Assembly: GCF_018350175.1 (NCBI RefSeq)
Contig: NC_058368.1
Location: 1,984,001-2,048,000, forward strand
DNA length: 64,000 nucleotides
From: Felis catus
Lineage: Eukaryota
Direction: 5' to 3'
Notes under the pieces: model-generated
Seen by the model: the letters and a program-made list of their open reading frames with translations, nothing else
Told to the model about the DNA's origin: nothing
Databases searched by the model: none
Made by a program: the position numbers and the translations under genes
In this document: positions 11,975 through 23,040 of the stretch, one piece after another
Numbering within the stretch: the first letter of the stretch is position 1
Layout of the letters: every line of letters starts with the position of its first letter

Positions 11975-13717
11975 TCAATTCCAACACGGGCATGGATGAC
12001 TCTTAGAGAAGAATTTTGGGAAATTCTCCAATACTAATTTACTGGGAAGGGGGAAAGCGTGTTCGCGCAGCATACATGTTTTGTGGCTCAGATCAGAAGG
12101 CTGGATGGGACACCTACCAGGGACCTGACAGATTTTCTCTTATTTCCTCTCATTCGTCTGTGATACACACGGGATGCTTTTGTAATAAGACTTCATCTTA
12201 AAAGATTATTATTATTGTTAGTAACATTACAACCGGGATTTTAGGTTCTTAAAGGACACAAAGACACAAATGAAAACAGTAATGACTGAAAAACAGGGCT
12301 ACGCTGGTGAATGGTCAGCTGCGGCCAGTCGCGAGGGCTTCCCGGGGACGCTGGCGAAGTCAGTTTTGGAAGGAGGTGCGGGACGAGAAGAGGAAGAGAG
12401 TGAGTGCCCTTTGGCAAAGGAAACAACTGTCCCCCGAGACCCGGCATGAGGCGCTACCTGAGCCAGGCCCTTGGTCACGGAGCTCCCGAGACGCGGCAGC
12501 TGAGGCCGGGGCACCCTGCGGCTTGGACAGGACCCGCCTCACCGAGGCAGGAGGACAGGCTCATTTTTCTTCGATCTTCTCTCACTTTTCCTTCAAAGCT
12601 CTGCATCCCAGTCCCAGCTATGCTCCAGTCTTGGTGTCACCTCATCCCCGCTAACCTGAACTGGGCCTTGGGACGTGCCAGCAGCATTTGCCAACTCTGT
12701 TCTCCCTCCGTCCCATGCCTTCCACCCCAGCCTGGCACTGGAGGCAGGGGGGTGGGGGTGGGGGAGAAGGGGAAGTCTGCCCCCCTAGTTCCCAGACTCC
12801 TGCACGTGTTGGGGTGCTGGAGACAGTGGGAAGGGGATGGGGGAGACACCGCCACAGGAAGGAGAGAATGAGGCTGTTACTGGGCGGTGAGGCTGATAAT
12901 CACGACCACCTCTCAAGGTAGTTCTTGTGATGCCTGTGGCTCTGAGGGAGTGGTTAAGTGATTTGCCTTGGATTTCCACGGCTGACAGAGAAAACTCGGG
13001 TCCGAACAGACTCCATAGACCTGAAACCACACGTGTGAAAAGACAGGTCACCGATCTCTGGACGTATCACACTGTTGCCGTGAGCCACGTGACTGATCAC
13101 TGAAAGCTTCCTCTTGTACTCAACCAAATGTCGTCGTTGGTAGAACACAGCATCCACACGGAGGCCAATCTTACTGAACACATACTTTTATGCGCACCAC
13201 CGTCCCCAGATGTCACCCTCCAGCGATCCTGGACTAGCAGAGAGAAGTGGAGGGAAGCACTATTTGTGTTTTGACACACCGGACCACCAGTGGAATTTGG
13301 TAGGAGCAGCTGGGAGCCCGGGCCAGGAAGAGTCAGAGCGAGAGCATGGCTCAGGCAGACCGAGAAGTGCCCGAGAAGAACCAACCACGGTTGGTTCTTA
13401 AAAACCGGGTGCGAAGAGATTTCTCTTGGGGTCTAGATGGAAAGCCCACGCCCACTCTACACCCTACACCCACTCTATCCCTTCCCGGCCCAAGGAGGGG
13501 CTAGCGAGGTAGGCCTCATGGCGGACGTCGTCTTTCACGCTGGAAGCCAGAGCAGCTACAGAACCGACGTGCGCTGCGCTGGAGGCCTGCTTGTTGAGGA
13601 AATCATTTCCCTCTCAGGCTTCCGTGAGAATAAACATACAACGAGGCTATTTGGAGTCTCAGAAAGCTGGAGCTAGAGAGACTCTTAGAGGTCATGGCTG
13701 CGGCCGGAAGCGCGTAC

Positions 13718-13900
13718 CTTTTCGCAGCAGCACTTCGGGTGCGATGTAATTTGGGGTCCCAACCAGGGAGTGGGCCAGACACCTCTGGTGCTGCTTCCGG
13801 GCTCTCTGCTCCAGCGTCTTCAGCCGGTCTCCACATCGACAGTTAGACACGTCATCCCAGAGGTCACTGGGCTCCATGCTGTCCTGTCTGATGTGGCTCC
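13718..13900 (-). CDS. LATS2: LATS2 coding exon (exon 6 equivalent), 183 nt: NDR/LATS kinase insert and activation segment
   Basis: (G)SHIRQDSMEPSDLWDDVSNCRCGDRLKTLEQRARKQHQRCLAHSLVGTPNYIAPEVLLRK(G). Acceptor AAG, donor GTACGC; phase 1-1. Confidence 0.97.
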
Positions 13901-14140
13901 CTTTCACCCCGGAATCGGCGGCAGTCAAAGAAGAGAATAAAAACCCAGGTGAATTTGCACTATTCAACAACGCAGCAAATCCACAACTTCAAAGGGGAAA
14001 GTAATTCAGTTCAGCTCCCGGCATGTTAAGAGAAAGAATCCTCCCCAGCTGCTCTGCAGGGGTGGCCTGTGATTCCTGGGTCTGAGACTCGAGCCGTGAG
14101 GAGTCGTGAGGAAACACAAACACTACGACAGAACACACGA

Positions 14141-14325
14141 GGGGCGCCTGAGTGGCTCAGCTGGCTAAGCATCTGACTCTTGGTTTCAGCTCAGGTCGTG
14201 ATCTCACGGTTCGTGGGTTCGAGCCCCGTGTCCGGGTCTGCGCTGACAGCGCAAAGCCTGCTTGGGATTCTCTTTCTCTCCCTCTCTCTTTCAAAAACAA
14301 ATACGTAAACTTAAAAAAAAAAAAA
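14141..14325 (+). mobile_element. CAN-SINE
   Basis: SINE head, B box ggttcgagccc, A tail. Confidence 0.9.
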
Positions 14326-14585
14326 GACAGATGAAGCGATGACGAGCTGGGTGCTACGCGGGGTAGCAGCGTGATGCTGTGGAAGAAAGGCTCACGTAAC
14401 TTGGGGACATCATGCGTAACACTCAGGCCAGTCTCAGAAGTCTACTACCTGTTGGACAGGACGTGTTTCAAGAGAACCACGGAAAAGCAGGAGAGGATTT
14501 AAAAAAGATAAACAAAAGTGACTGAAATACCAGAAAATGGGAACGAATTAAATGTATAGGATTAGTTTTGAGTTAAAAAATAGAA

Positions 14586-14699
14586 GGGCTCTTGGCTGGC
14601 TCGGTCCATACAGAGTGCAACTCTTGATCTTGGGATTGTGAGTTCGATCTCCACATTGGGTGTAGAGATTACTGAGAAAAAAAATAAGGTTAAAAAAAA
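14586..14699 (+). mobile_element. Short, older CAN-SINE
   Basis: ctcttgatcttgggattgtgagttcgatctccacattgggtgtagagattact, then an A-rich tail. Confidence 0.75.
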
Positions 14700-15177
14700 G
14701 TAACAGAAGCCTGAGCCATCGCATTAAGACCACTGTTTCCAGAAACTGAGCCATAAATAAGATAATGGCCAGCAGACCCACAGCAGGTGGAGTTACACCC
14801 AACCTTCACCATGGATGGTGAAGTGTCATCACCTGACGCCTATAGATACATTCACGTTCGCTATTAGGACTCTTTGCGAGGTGGTGAGACTTTTAAGGCT
14901 CATTTTATAAGGGCAGAGTGATGGTTCCTAACCACGTTCCCATGGCACCCCGTAGACTGCTGTCCTAAAAATGCTACAGTAAAACTTAAATCCGTTAACT
15001 TCAAAAAACTTCTTTTACACGTACCACGCTACTGCTTTAGGGACAAAAGGATGTCACGCTAAGTTATATTTAACAGATAATTTCAAAATGACCAGGAGCC
15101 ACCAGGATGCGAAACAGCGGCCTGAGTTTGGTCCTATCTAGATGTAGAAGGTGGGTGCGGCGTATCTGGGACAATAC

Positions 15178-15760
15178 CTTTCTGGTAGTATTTGGAATTG
15201 TGAGTCCACCTGAACCCAGTGCAGAGGCCAAAATCCGTCAGTTTGATGTGACCATCGAGATCTATCAAAATGTTGTCTGGCTTGATGTCTCGGTGGATGA
15301 AGCCCATCTTGTGGACGCTCTCAATGGCCAGGGTCAACTCTGCGATGTAGAACCGGGCCAGGTGCTCGGGGAAGACCTCCATCCGGATCAGCAGGCTCAT
15401 CATGTCCCCCCCCGGGATGTAGTCCATCACAAAGTACAGGCTGTCCTTGTCTTGGAAGGAATAGTAGAGCTTGACCACCCACTCGTTGTCTGCCTCAGCC
15501 AGGATGTCCCTCTCGGCCTTGACGTGGGCCACCTGATTCCGGTTCAGGACGTCCTTCTTCCTGAGGGTCTTCATGGCGTAGAGGGCGTGTGTGTCCACCT
15601 TACAAGCAAGGCACACTTCTCCAAAGGCACCGATCCCCAGGGTTTTGATTTTCACAAACATGGACTTATCCATTTTGGCCCTCTTCAGCCTGTTGTAGTT
15701 AGATTCCTTCTGGTAGAGGATCTTCCTCATCTGTGCCTGTTCAGCTTCACAGAGTCCAGC
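15178..15760 (-). CDS. LATS2: LATS2 coding exon (exon 5 equivalent), 583 nt: kinase N-lobe through DFG
   Basis: AGLCEAEQAQMRKILYQKESNYNRLKRAKMDK...GIGAFGEV...AMK...HRDIKPDN...DFGLCTGFRWTHNSKYYQK(G). Acceptor CCACAG, donor GTATTG. Confidence 0.98.
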
Positions 15761-16273
15761 CTGTGGAGAAGGGGAACAAGGAAGTCACGTCAGAGGACCC
15801 CACGGGAGGAAACAGCCAGGGCGGGAGACAGCTGAGAACCGCGAGGGTCCTGACTCGACTTACGGAACCAAGAACACATATGGGTCCAGTATACTACAAG
15901 CAAGACAACAACTGGGTTTGCTCTTCATCTACTTATGTAGACACAAATCTGGACTCTAAAGGGAGGACAAAACCGGTGACTTTAGGCTCTCAGGAAACCT
16001 CTATAAACAAACACCGGTGGAAAAGGAGACCACAACATTCCCGGGACTCTCAGCGCAATCTAATATTTTAACGGCTCAGGGAAAATGGGAACAAAGAAAA
16101 GTCAATGAAAATGGGGCAGCAGAAAGTAAGAGCACAGATCTGATTTTTAGAATTTGAAATCGCTGGCTTTGTGTGATTTAAATTTACTGTAAGATTTTAA
16201 TTTAAATCATTTCATTAATTACCTTCTCTAGCAGTTTAGTGTCAACTAAGGTATATTTAAAAGAGTACTTGCT

Positions 16274-16475
16274 GGGGCGCCTGGGTGGCTCAGCCGGTTG
16301 AGTGTGACTTTTGATTTCGGCTCAGGTCATAATCCCAAAGTTGTGGGACTGAGCCCCGCTTTAGGCTGCGCACAGAGCACGGAGCCTGCTTCGGATTCTC
16401 TCTCCCCCTCTGCCCCTCCCCTGCTTGCGTGTGCACGCACGCTCTCCCACTCTCTCTCTCTCAAAAAATAAAATG
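16274..16475 (+). mobile_element. CAN-SINE
   Basis: SINE head and CT tract; A-rich tail degenerates to about 16545. Confidence 0.9.
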
Positions 16476-16549
16476 AGTAAAAGGAAGTAAAACAAATAAG
16501 TAAAGTAAAATAGTAAAATGAAATGAAAGAAAATGAAATAAAAATATCG

Positions 16550-18470
16550 CCGTGGTCACGTGCCCACCGGCTGGGTCAGGCGCAGTGCTCACGGCCCCCC
16601 TACACAGCCGGGGGGACCCGTGAGGGAGCCTGCACCATCGGCCATCCCTCCAAGTCCTTGGCCCCATAACCACACCATCGCCCGGGGATGCGAACCGTTC
16701 GTAATAACCGGGGCAAAGCAGAGGCAAAACAGAGGTTCCGCTGCGAGCGCCACCGCCAATTTAGAGAAGAGCCGGCCCGGCGGCGGGAACACGAGGAGAG
16801 CTTACTTTCGCCATTTCCTGCTCCAGCTGCAGCCTCCGGTTGACCTTCTGCTGGTAGGTTTTTATGACATTCTCCACGTGCTGCTCCATGAAGAACTTGA
16901 ACGCATACGGTGAGTAGCTCTTGATGCGCGACTCCCTCTTCTCCTCGTCCCTGCTGGCTTTCCGGACGGGGACAGGAGAGGTCTGGATCTGCTTTTTATC
17001 CTTCCCCGGCCTCTCCCCTTTGGCGCCTTTGTGGCTCTTGTCGCTCCGGTCGGCGGGCTCGGCGGCCGGGCCCCCCCGGAGGCTCTGCTCCACGCCGGCG
17101 CACAGGCCGTCCACGTCGTACTGCTCGGACTTGCTGTGCAGCAGCAGGTGCTTGGGGTACGGCGGGGGCGGGCACCTCAGGTCCGGGCCGCCGTACTCCA
17201 CGTCCAGCGGGTACGCACCGGCGCCCCCCAGCGGCAGGGAGTGCTCGTCCTTCGAGTCCAGACTCTCCACCCCGGGCGCGGGTGCGGGCGCAGGCGCGGG
17301 CGCGGGCACCCAGGCCGGGTGCGAGGGCCCCACGGCCGTCTGGGGCTCGGGCCGCATCACCCTCACGCTCTTGACCGGGTGCAGGATGTGGGCGGCCGTC
17401 ACGGCCGTGATGGTGTTGGGGGAGGGCACGGAGGGCTCCGTCTTGCCGGGCACGCCCGCCCGCATGGGCACGGCCACGGGCGGCTGGTGGCTGTTGAAGG
17501 AGTTGGTCCTGCTGGGGACCGGGCCTTCGGGCAGGAAGGCCACGTGCTGGCGGGGGGGTGCCTCCAGGCCCGGCTTCTGCAGAGAGTCGCGGCGGGACAG
17601 GGTGGAGGCCTGCCACTGCTGGACGGGGGCGCCGCTCAGGTCGTACAGGTCCACGTTGAGGCTGTTCCTGGAGGGTGCCATCAGACTCTGGGGGGGGCTG
17701 TCGCTGGCGAACACCTGGCCCCGGGAGCCCATCACGTGCACCTGGTGGGCCTGCTTGTGGTGCGGGTGGGGCAGGTACAGACCGGCCGCCGCTCCCGCGG
17801 CCGGAAACGCGTGGCCGGCGCCCGGCTGCACCTGCACCTGCACCGCGGGGCCCTTGGCGGCCGGGCTCGCGTACGCTCCCGCCTCCTTGTTTTGGAAGGA
17901 GGGGCTGCGCTGCAGGCCGTAGCCCAGCGGCTCCCCCGGCACCAGCAGGTGCGGCCTGTAGGGGGGGCCTTGCAGCGGGAGGGCTTGGGCGCCCGGCGCG
18001 GCCACGGCCACCGGGAAGCTCATCCCCGCGGACTCCAGGTTGGCCGCGTAGCCTTTGGGCTGGTGCTGATGGCCGCCGGGCACGCTGCGAGCGCTTCCGG
18101 AGAAAAGAAAGTCCATGTACTGCCGGGGCACCTCCTCCAGCGGACCGCTGCCCTCGTAGGCTGCCCCGCTCATCTGATGGTAGGGCGGGAAGGGGTCGCC
18201 TGTTCCTTCGAAGCTCGGCCTCCGCGGCCCGGGGGCCGGCGCGATGCCCTTCCCTGCAGCGGAAAGAACGCGGACACGGCATTAGAGGGGGACGGCTCTC
18301 GCGGGCTGGCTCCCGGCGCTGGCCGCGTCCTTGGGGGCGGGCGCCGCTGCGCAGGCTCTTCCACCGCTCGAGGCCGCCCGACGCAGGCTGAACTCTGCTC
18401 TGGCAAACCCGGGCTGCCTTGTGGGTCAGAGCCCCTCGCGGGGGGACCCGGCAGAGCCCACAACCTGTCT
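16550..18470. other. Intragenic CpG island over LATS2 exon 4 and its flanks
   Basis: Very high G+C with dense CpG throughout, by eye. Confidence 0.8.
16806..18253 (-). CDS. LATS2: LATS2 large coding exon (exon 4 equivalent), 1448 nt: low-complexity N-terminal region, Pro-Ala repeat, PPxY motif, start of the MOB1-binding region
   Basis: (G)KGIAPAPGPRRPSFEG...RRDSLQK...HILHPVKSVRV...PAPAPAPAPAP...CPPPPYPK (PPPPY at 17157-17171)...FKFFMEQHVENVIKTYQQKVNRRLQLEQEMAK. Acceptor CTGCAG, donor GTAAG; phase 1 in, phase 0 out. Confidence 0.97.
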
Positions 18471-19323
18471 TCCTGGGCTAAGAACATGTGTCAAAGGCAC
18501 ACGTAGGAGGGAATCGTCACAGATGTGGGTCTGCAGTTTCCCTTTGGGGCTCTGCGGCAACACAGACCCTGGGACTCCAAGAATCTGGAAATGGACTGCC
18601 AGCAGGCAGCAGCTTAATACGAGCCTCCTATCAACGAGAAAACAAAAGTGTAACAACGAAGACACAACTTCTCACTCGACACACGAAGTGGGAAAGCTCC
18701 TTTGGCTGAATGTCGTGAGTCCCTTATCACACTCAGGACCTCAGCTACCAAAAATTCTCCCATCTGTCCATCCTCTAAGAGGAACATTCACTGACAGCCA
18801 GTGAGGTAGAGCATTTGGTGCTGGCGCCTCTGGCCCTTCCCGGGGGACACTAGGGGGGCTGTCCCAGCGCCACTGCCCGTGGCATCCAGCCCAGGGAGGC
18901 ACCTGCCAGCCTGCTCTGAGGCTCCGGTGTGAGAAAAGGCGTGTTTTAAAAATCCGTGAAATAAACCTTCCTTTTAATAAACAGACTCCCTTACAGGCCC
19001 AAGAGAAAGTAAAAAGCCCACTTTAGATCTCACTCTGCGCGTTGCCAAACTTTAATATCCACTGAGTTTTCCAATCTCTGTAATGTCCGCAGCCACCGGC
19101 CGCAGGAAGTACCCCAGGTTACTTCAGACGGGGAGAGGGAGCACCCAGGAAGTCCCAGGATCTGCCCCTGCTGCCTCCCCTTCTAGGCCCTGAGTGCAGA
19201 GCAGGGCAGTGTGCCAAGAGATAATCTGCTGACCAGGGCCACACTGAACCTCCCTTCCTGCAAACGGATTTGTGCTTTGCGATGGCAAATCTTCCTCCCC
19301 CAGGGCTGCGGGTCTGAGCTCAC

Positions 19324-19456
19324 CTGGGGAGGTCTGCTTAATGACTCGCACAATCTGCTCATTCCTGGGGTCCAGATAGCCCATCTTGCTGATGTACTCC
19401 AGGGCGGCTTCGATGCTCCGGCTGCCAGTCTGCTTGAGAGCCCTGCCGGCCATCTC
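19324..19456 (-). CDS. LATS2: LATS2 coding exon (human exon 3 equivalent), 133 nt, C-terminal part of the UBA domain
   Basis: Translates EMAGRALKQTGSRSIEAALEYISKMGYLDPRNEQIVRVIKQTSP(G). Acceptor AG at 19458-19457, donor GTGAG from 19323; phase 0 in, phase 1 out. Confidence 0.97.
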
Positions 19457-22404
19457 CTGGGGGGGGTGGGGGGGGGAGCACACAGATGCTTCACTGGGAG
19501 GTACAAACGCATGTCATCTTCCCACAAAGCCCCTCGGGGACTTCCGATGCTGCAATGTTCACCTCTCTGTGCCTGCTGGGGGCCTGCACCGTGAAATGTC
19601 TGCATGAGATGCCCTCAGGTGCCCACGACAAACGCTTAACACACACTGAACCACAGGCTATAGAGAGTATGTGACGAACAAACAGGTGTTCTGATGGTGG
19701 ACCAGAAAGAATCTAAGTTCTGCTTCTCCTTAGAAAACTTCCGGTTGGACTGATAAGTTCTGCTCTGTGAGTAAACCTATGACTAGAACAGTTTAACGTG
19801 AAAACTAGTTGAAGTCAGAGACCCTGGCTGCAGCTCCAGCCCACCCGCAGGCTAACTGGGAGAGGGAGTGACCCGCCCCCAGGGGAGGGGAGGGTTGCCA
19901 GAGTCATTTATGAAGAGCTGGCTGAAGGCCTACTGTTCGCAGTGCCCAGTGCTCGCTCTGGTAGTTGGGAACTTGCGGCTGGGCTCCTGGTGTAGTGGGA
20001 GAAAGAGACAGACCCCGAAAGAGCCCTTGGAGCAGTGCCTAGCACAGGACACGGCCTCCGAAAACTGCCTGCGAGATGAACAGGAGACAAGCTGGACCCA
20101 TCATGGGAGACACAGCAGACAAGGGTCAGAGGAGACGGATTCTTCCGGCTCAGAGCGAGGGCACCAGGGACTGACTGTTAGTGGAATAGACGGAAATACA
20201 CCTGGCTCCCCAAGGTCGGCCCGAAATTGGGCAGATGGAAAGCACAGCAGAGGAAAGGTATTCTTGGCAGATGGAACCGTCAAAGCAGCAGAGGCCGGGG
20301 GCGGGGGGGGGGGGTGCGTGGAGAACAGGCTGAGGGGCCAGCAGGGACATGAGAGACAGCAGAGAGGGAGCCACAGGCTGGGCCCGACTGTCCCCGGGTT
20401 TTGGCCCTCTTGGAAGGCAGGGACACGGAGCCACGAGATCGGTTTGGGGCAGAACTGGAGGCGTAAGACAGGCCAGAGTGCACGGGAGACAGGAGGGGAC
20501 ACGCACCTGTGAGTCGGCTCAGCAGGGCTGTGGGCAAACAGGATGGACGGGACAGGAGAGAGAACGCCTCCTGGAGACAAGGGCGGAACACACAGAGGGG
20601 GTCTCGGGGGCGGGAGAGCATGGCCAAGGGGACCCCGTGGCTCAGACAGGAGAGAAAAGGGCTGAGGGTGCAGGAAGACCCCAGGACAGTGAGAAGGGAG
20701 CTTGGGGCTGTTCTGGGCAGAGAGCGGCTGTGCTGGCCAAGGGCCACTCTGGAGAAACAGCACTTGTCCCCGACACCGAGAATGCACCAGTCTCCCTGCC
20801 CTCCGAGCCAAGCATTGTCCAGGCTGACTCGGATCTGTGCTCCTGCCAGCCCCGGGAACGAGGCATCACACACCCGTGACCTTTACCGGCCCCATCTGTC
20901 TGTCCGAATGTCTGCCTCCTCCTCTAGGACCGGGAGAACCCACTGGGGCCTGGATTCCACGTCACTCGTGGCTGTAGCCACCCGCCCAACGCATCAGCCG
21001 GGACGTGAGTGCTTGCGTAACAGCAAAATCAAGTTTCCCGTTCCTGGCCATATCCCCAGCGCGTGGCAGGACAAAACACGTTGGCTGCAACCTGTGCCTA
21101 CGTTCTGGGTGATGCCAAGAGACTCGGCAAGACAGCGGGGGGAGGGAGGGGCCGAGACGGGGGGCCCAGCGAGGCCGTGCCAGAGAGCAGGACGGGCAGT
21201 GGGACGTGTGGGTGCGTGTGAGGGGGCCGCGTCCGGGGCCGAGGGGCCCGAAGAGACATGGCGAGGCAGACGGGGCCACGGCAGTAAGGACAGAGCTCCC
21301 GGTTTAGAAGCAGAGCTCGGACCAGCAGGGCAAGTGCCTGACACGCGGCGGGGCTGCGGAGAGAGAGGTGCAGGGTGAGCACGGCGATGCCCACCTGCAG
21401 ATGGGAGGCAACGCTGCACCCCCCCCCCCCCCAGCTATGTTATGCGATGAGGTCATGGCTGCAGAGAGCTCTCGGCGGCTTGGAGAGAGACACGGTATAG
21501 GGCCGCATCTTCTCAGGATGAGCCTGGAGCTCTGGGCACCCATTTAAAAACTGGGGGAGCCAACCCCAACCGCAGCCCTTCGGTCAGCACCGACCGCGCC
21601 ACCTGCCGGGTCTGAAGCGCGGGCGCCGGGTCCCTTTGGGACCCCAGACACGCGCACCACCTCGGTGCCTGCCCGTCGACCGAGTCCAAATGAACAGCTT
21701 CTCCACCTCTGCCCGTTGCCCGGGCACTCGCGACTCCCACGTTTACGTGTTTACTGAGCTCTGAATCCAGGAACTTAACCGAGCAAGATCAACGGGAGAC
21801 CAGAAACGACGACTGTGGTCACAGCAGTGCTTCAACTCGTAAAGCCCAAGCGACGCGATGAGACAACTCGCTTGTCAAGAACCACCGAATAATCCAGCTC
21901 GGCTGTGTCCCGTCCTCGACGTCTGCTCCCCGTGCTCACCTAGCAGGTCAGTGGTGCCTCGACATCAACTCTCGGAGACGCCACCGTGCGTGCACGTATC
22001 GCTAGGTCCCACGGCTGCGGGAGATCCAGGGTCATTTCCGAACCCACCGGGAACACGAGCGCTGTCTCTCCTCCAGCCTCACCGTCAGCCGCGGACTGCG
22101 AACAGACCCCCGCAGACGCCAGTCAGAGAGCACTAAACGCAGCCACCGGCACCACCTGCTGCCTGCGCGGTCGCTCTGGTGACCTCTCGCCCGCTCCAGG
22201 GGACTCCGGTTCTCAGACATCAGGCCGGCAGCTTGGAACGTCGCCACGGGCAGTGGCCCCGGGGCTGCGTGGGGACAGGTGCAGGGAGAGGGGAGGGACG
22301 GGCTGCCTGGTGGGAGAAGACCTGGGCCTCTGCCCTACAGGTCGGGTGCCCCTCCTGGCACAGGTCAGCGGGTTTAGTGGCGCCAAGGGGCCATTATATA
22401 CAGC

Positions 22405-23040
22405 GTTTCTTTTTCTGTTTCCTTTTTTGGTTTCAGGAGTAGAATCCAGCGACTCGTCACTTACACACAACACCCAGCGCTCTTCCCCACAAGCACCCTC
22501 CTTAATGCCCATCACCCGTCTAGACCCCCCCATAACCCTGTTTTTTCTCTCGAGCTAAGAGTCTCTTATGGTTTGCTTCCCTCTCTGCTTTTATTTTGTT
22601 TTTCCTTCTCTTCCCCTATTTTCATCTGTTGTATTTCTTAAATTCCACACGGGTGAAATCATACGGTATTTTTCTTTCTCTGCCTGACTTACTTCGCTTA
22701 GCATAATACACGCTAGCTCCATATACGTTGCTGCAAATGGCAAGATTTTATTTCGTTGACGGCTCAGTAGTACTCCCGTGTATATATAAACCACATTTGC
22801 TTTATCCATTCATCAGTTCATGGGCACTTGGGCTCTTTCCCTAATTTGGCTATTGTTGGAAGTGCTGCTATAAACCTTGGGGTGCATGCACCCTCTTCAA
22901 GTCTAGATTTTTGTATCCTTTGGATATATACCTAGTCGTGCAATTGCTGGGTCATAGGGCAGTTCTCTCTTTAACTTTCTGAGGAGCCTCCACACTGTCT
23001 TCCAGGGTGGCTGCACCAGTTTGCATTCCACCAGCAGCAG
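22405..23040 (-). mobile_element. Carnivore L1 3' end
   Basis: Reverse L1 3'UTR (cacacaacacccagcgctc) and ORF2 tail (ttgctgcaaatggcaagatttt, ggctgcaccagtttgcattcc). Confidence 0.85.

Noticed and set aside
13901..15177. Possible U12-type intron, based on the TTCTTTGAC branch-like motif
   Set aside because: The donor is GTATTGT, not the near-invariant RTATCCT of U12 introns.
15107..15835. 242-aa plus-strand ORF antisense to the kinase exon
   Set aside because: Antisense mirror of LATS2 codons with no recognisable domain.
16921..18506. Long overlapping ORFs on exon 4 (+491 aa, +333 aa, +238 aa, and a -428 aa alternative frame)
   Set aside because: Expected shadows of a very GC-rich coding exon, where stops are rare. 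The 428-aa frame has a GTG start, no internal Met, and is not the frame reached by skipping the preceding exon.
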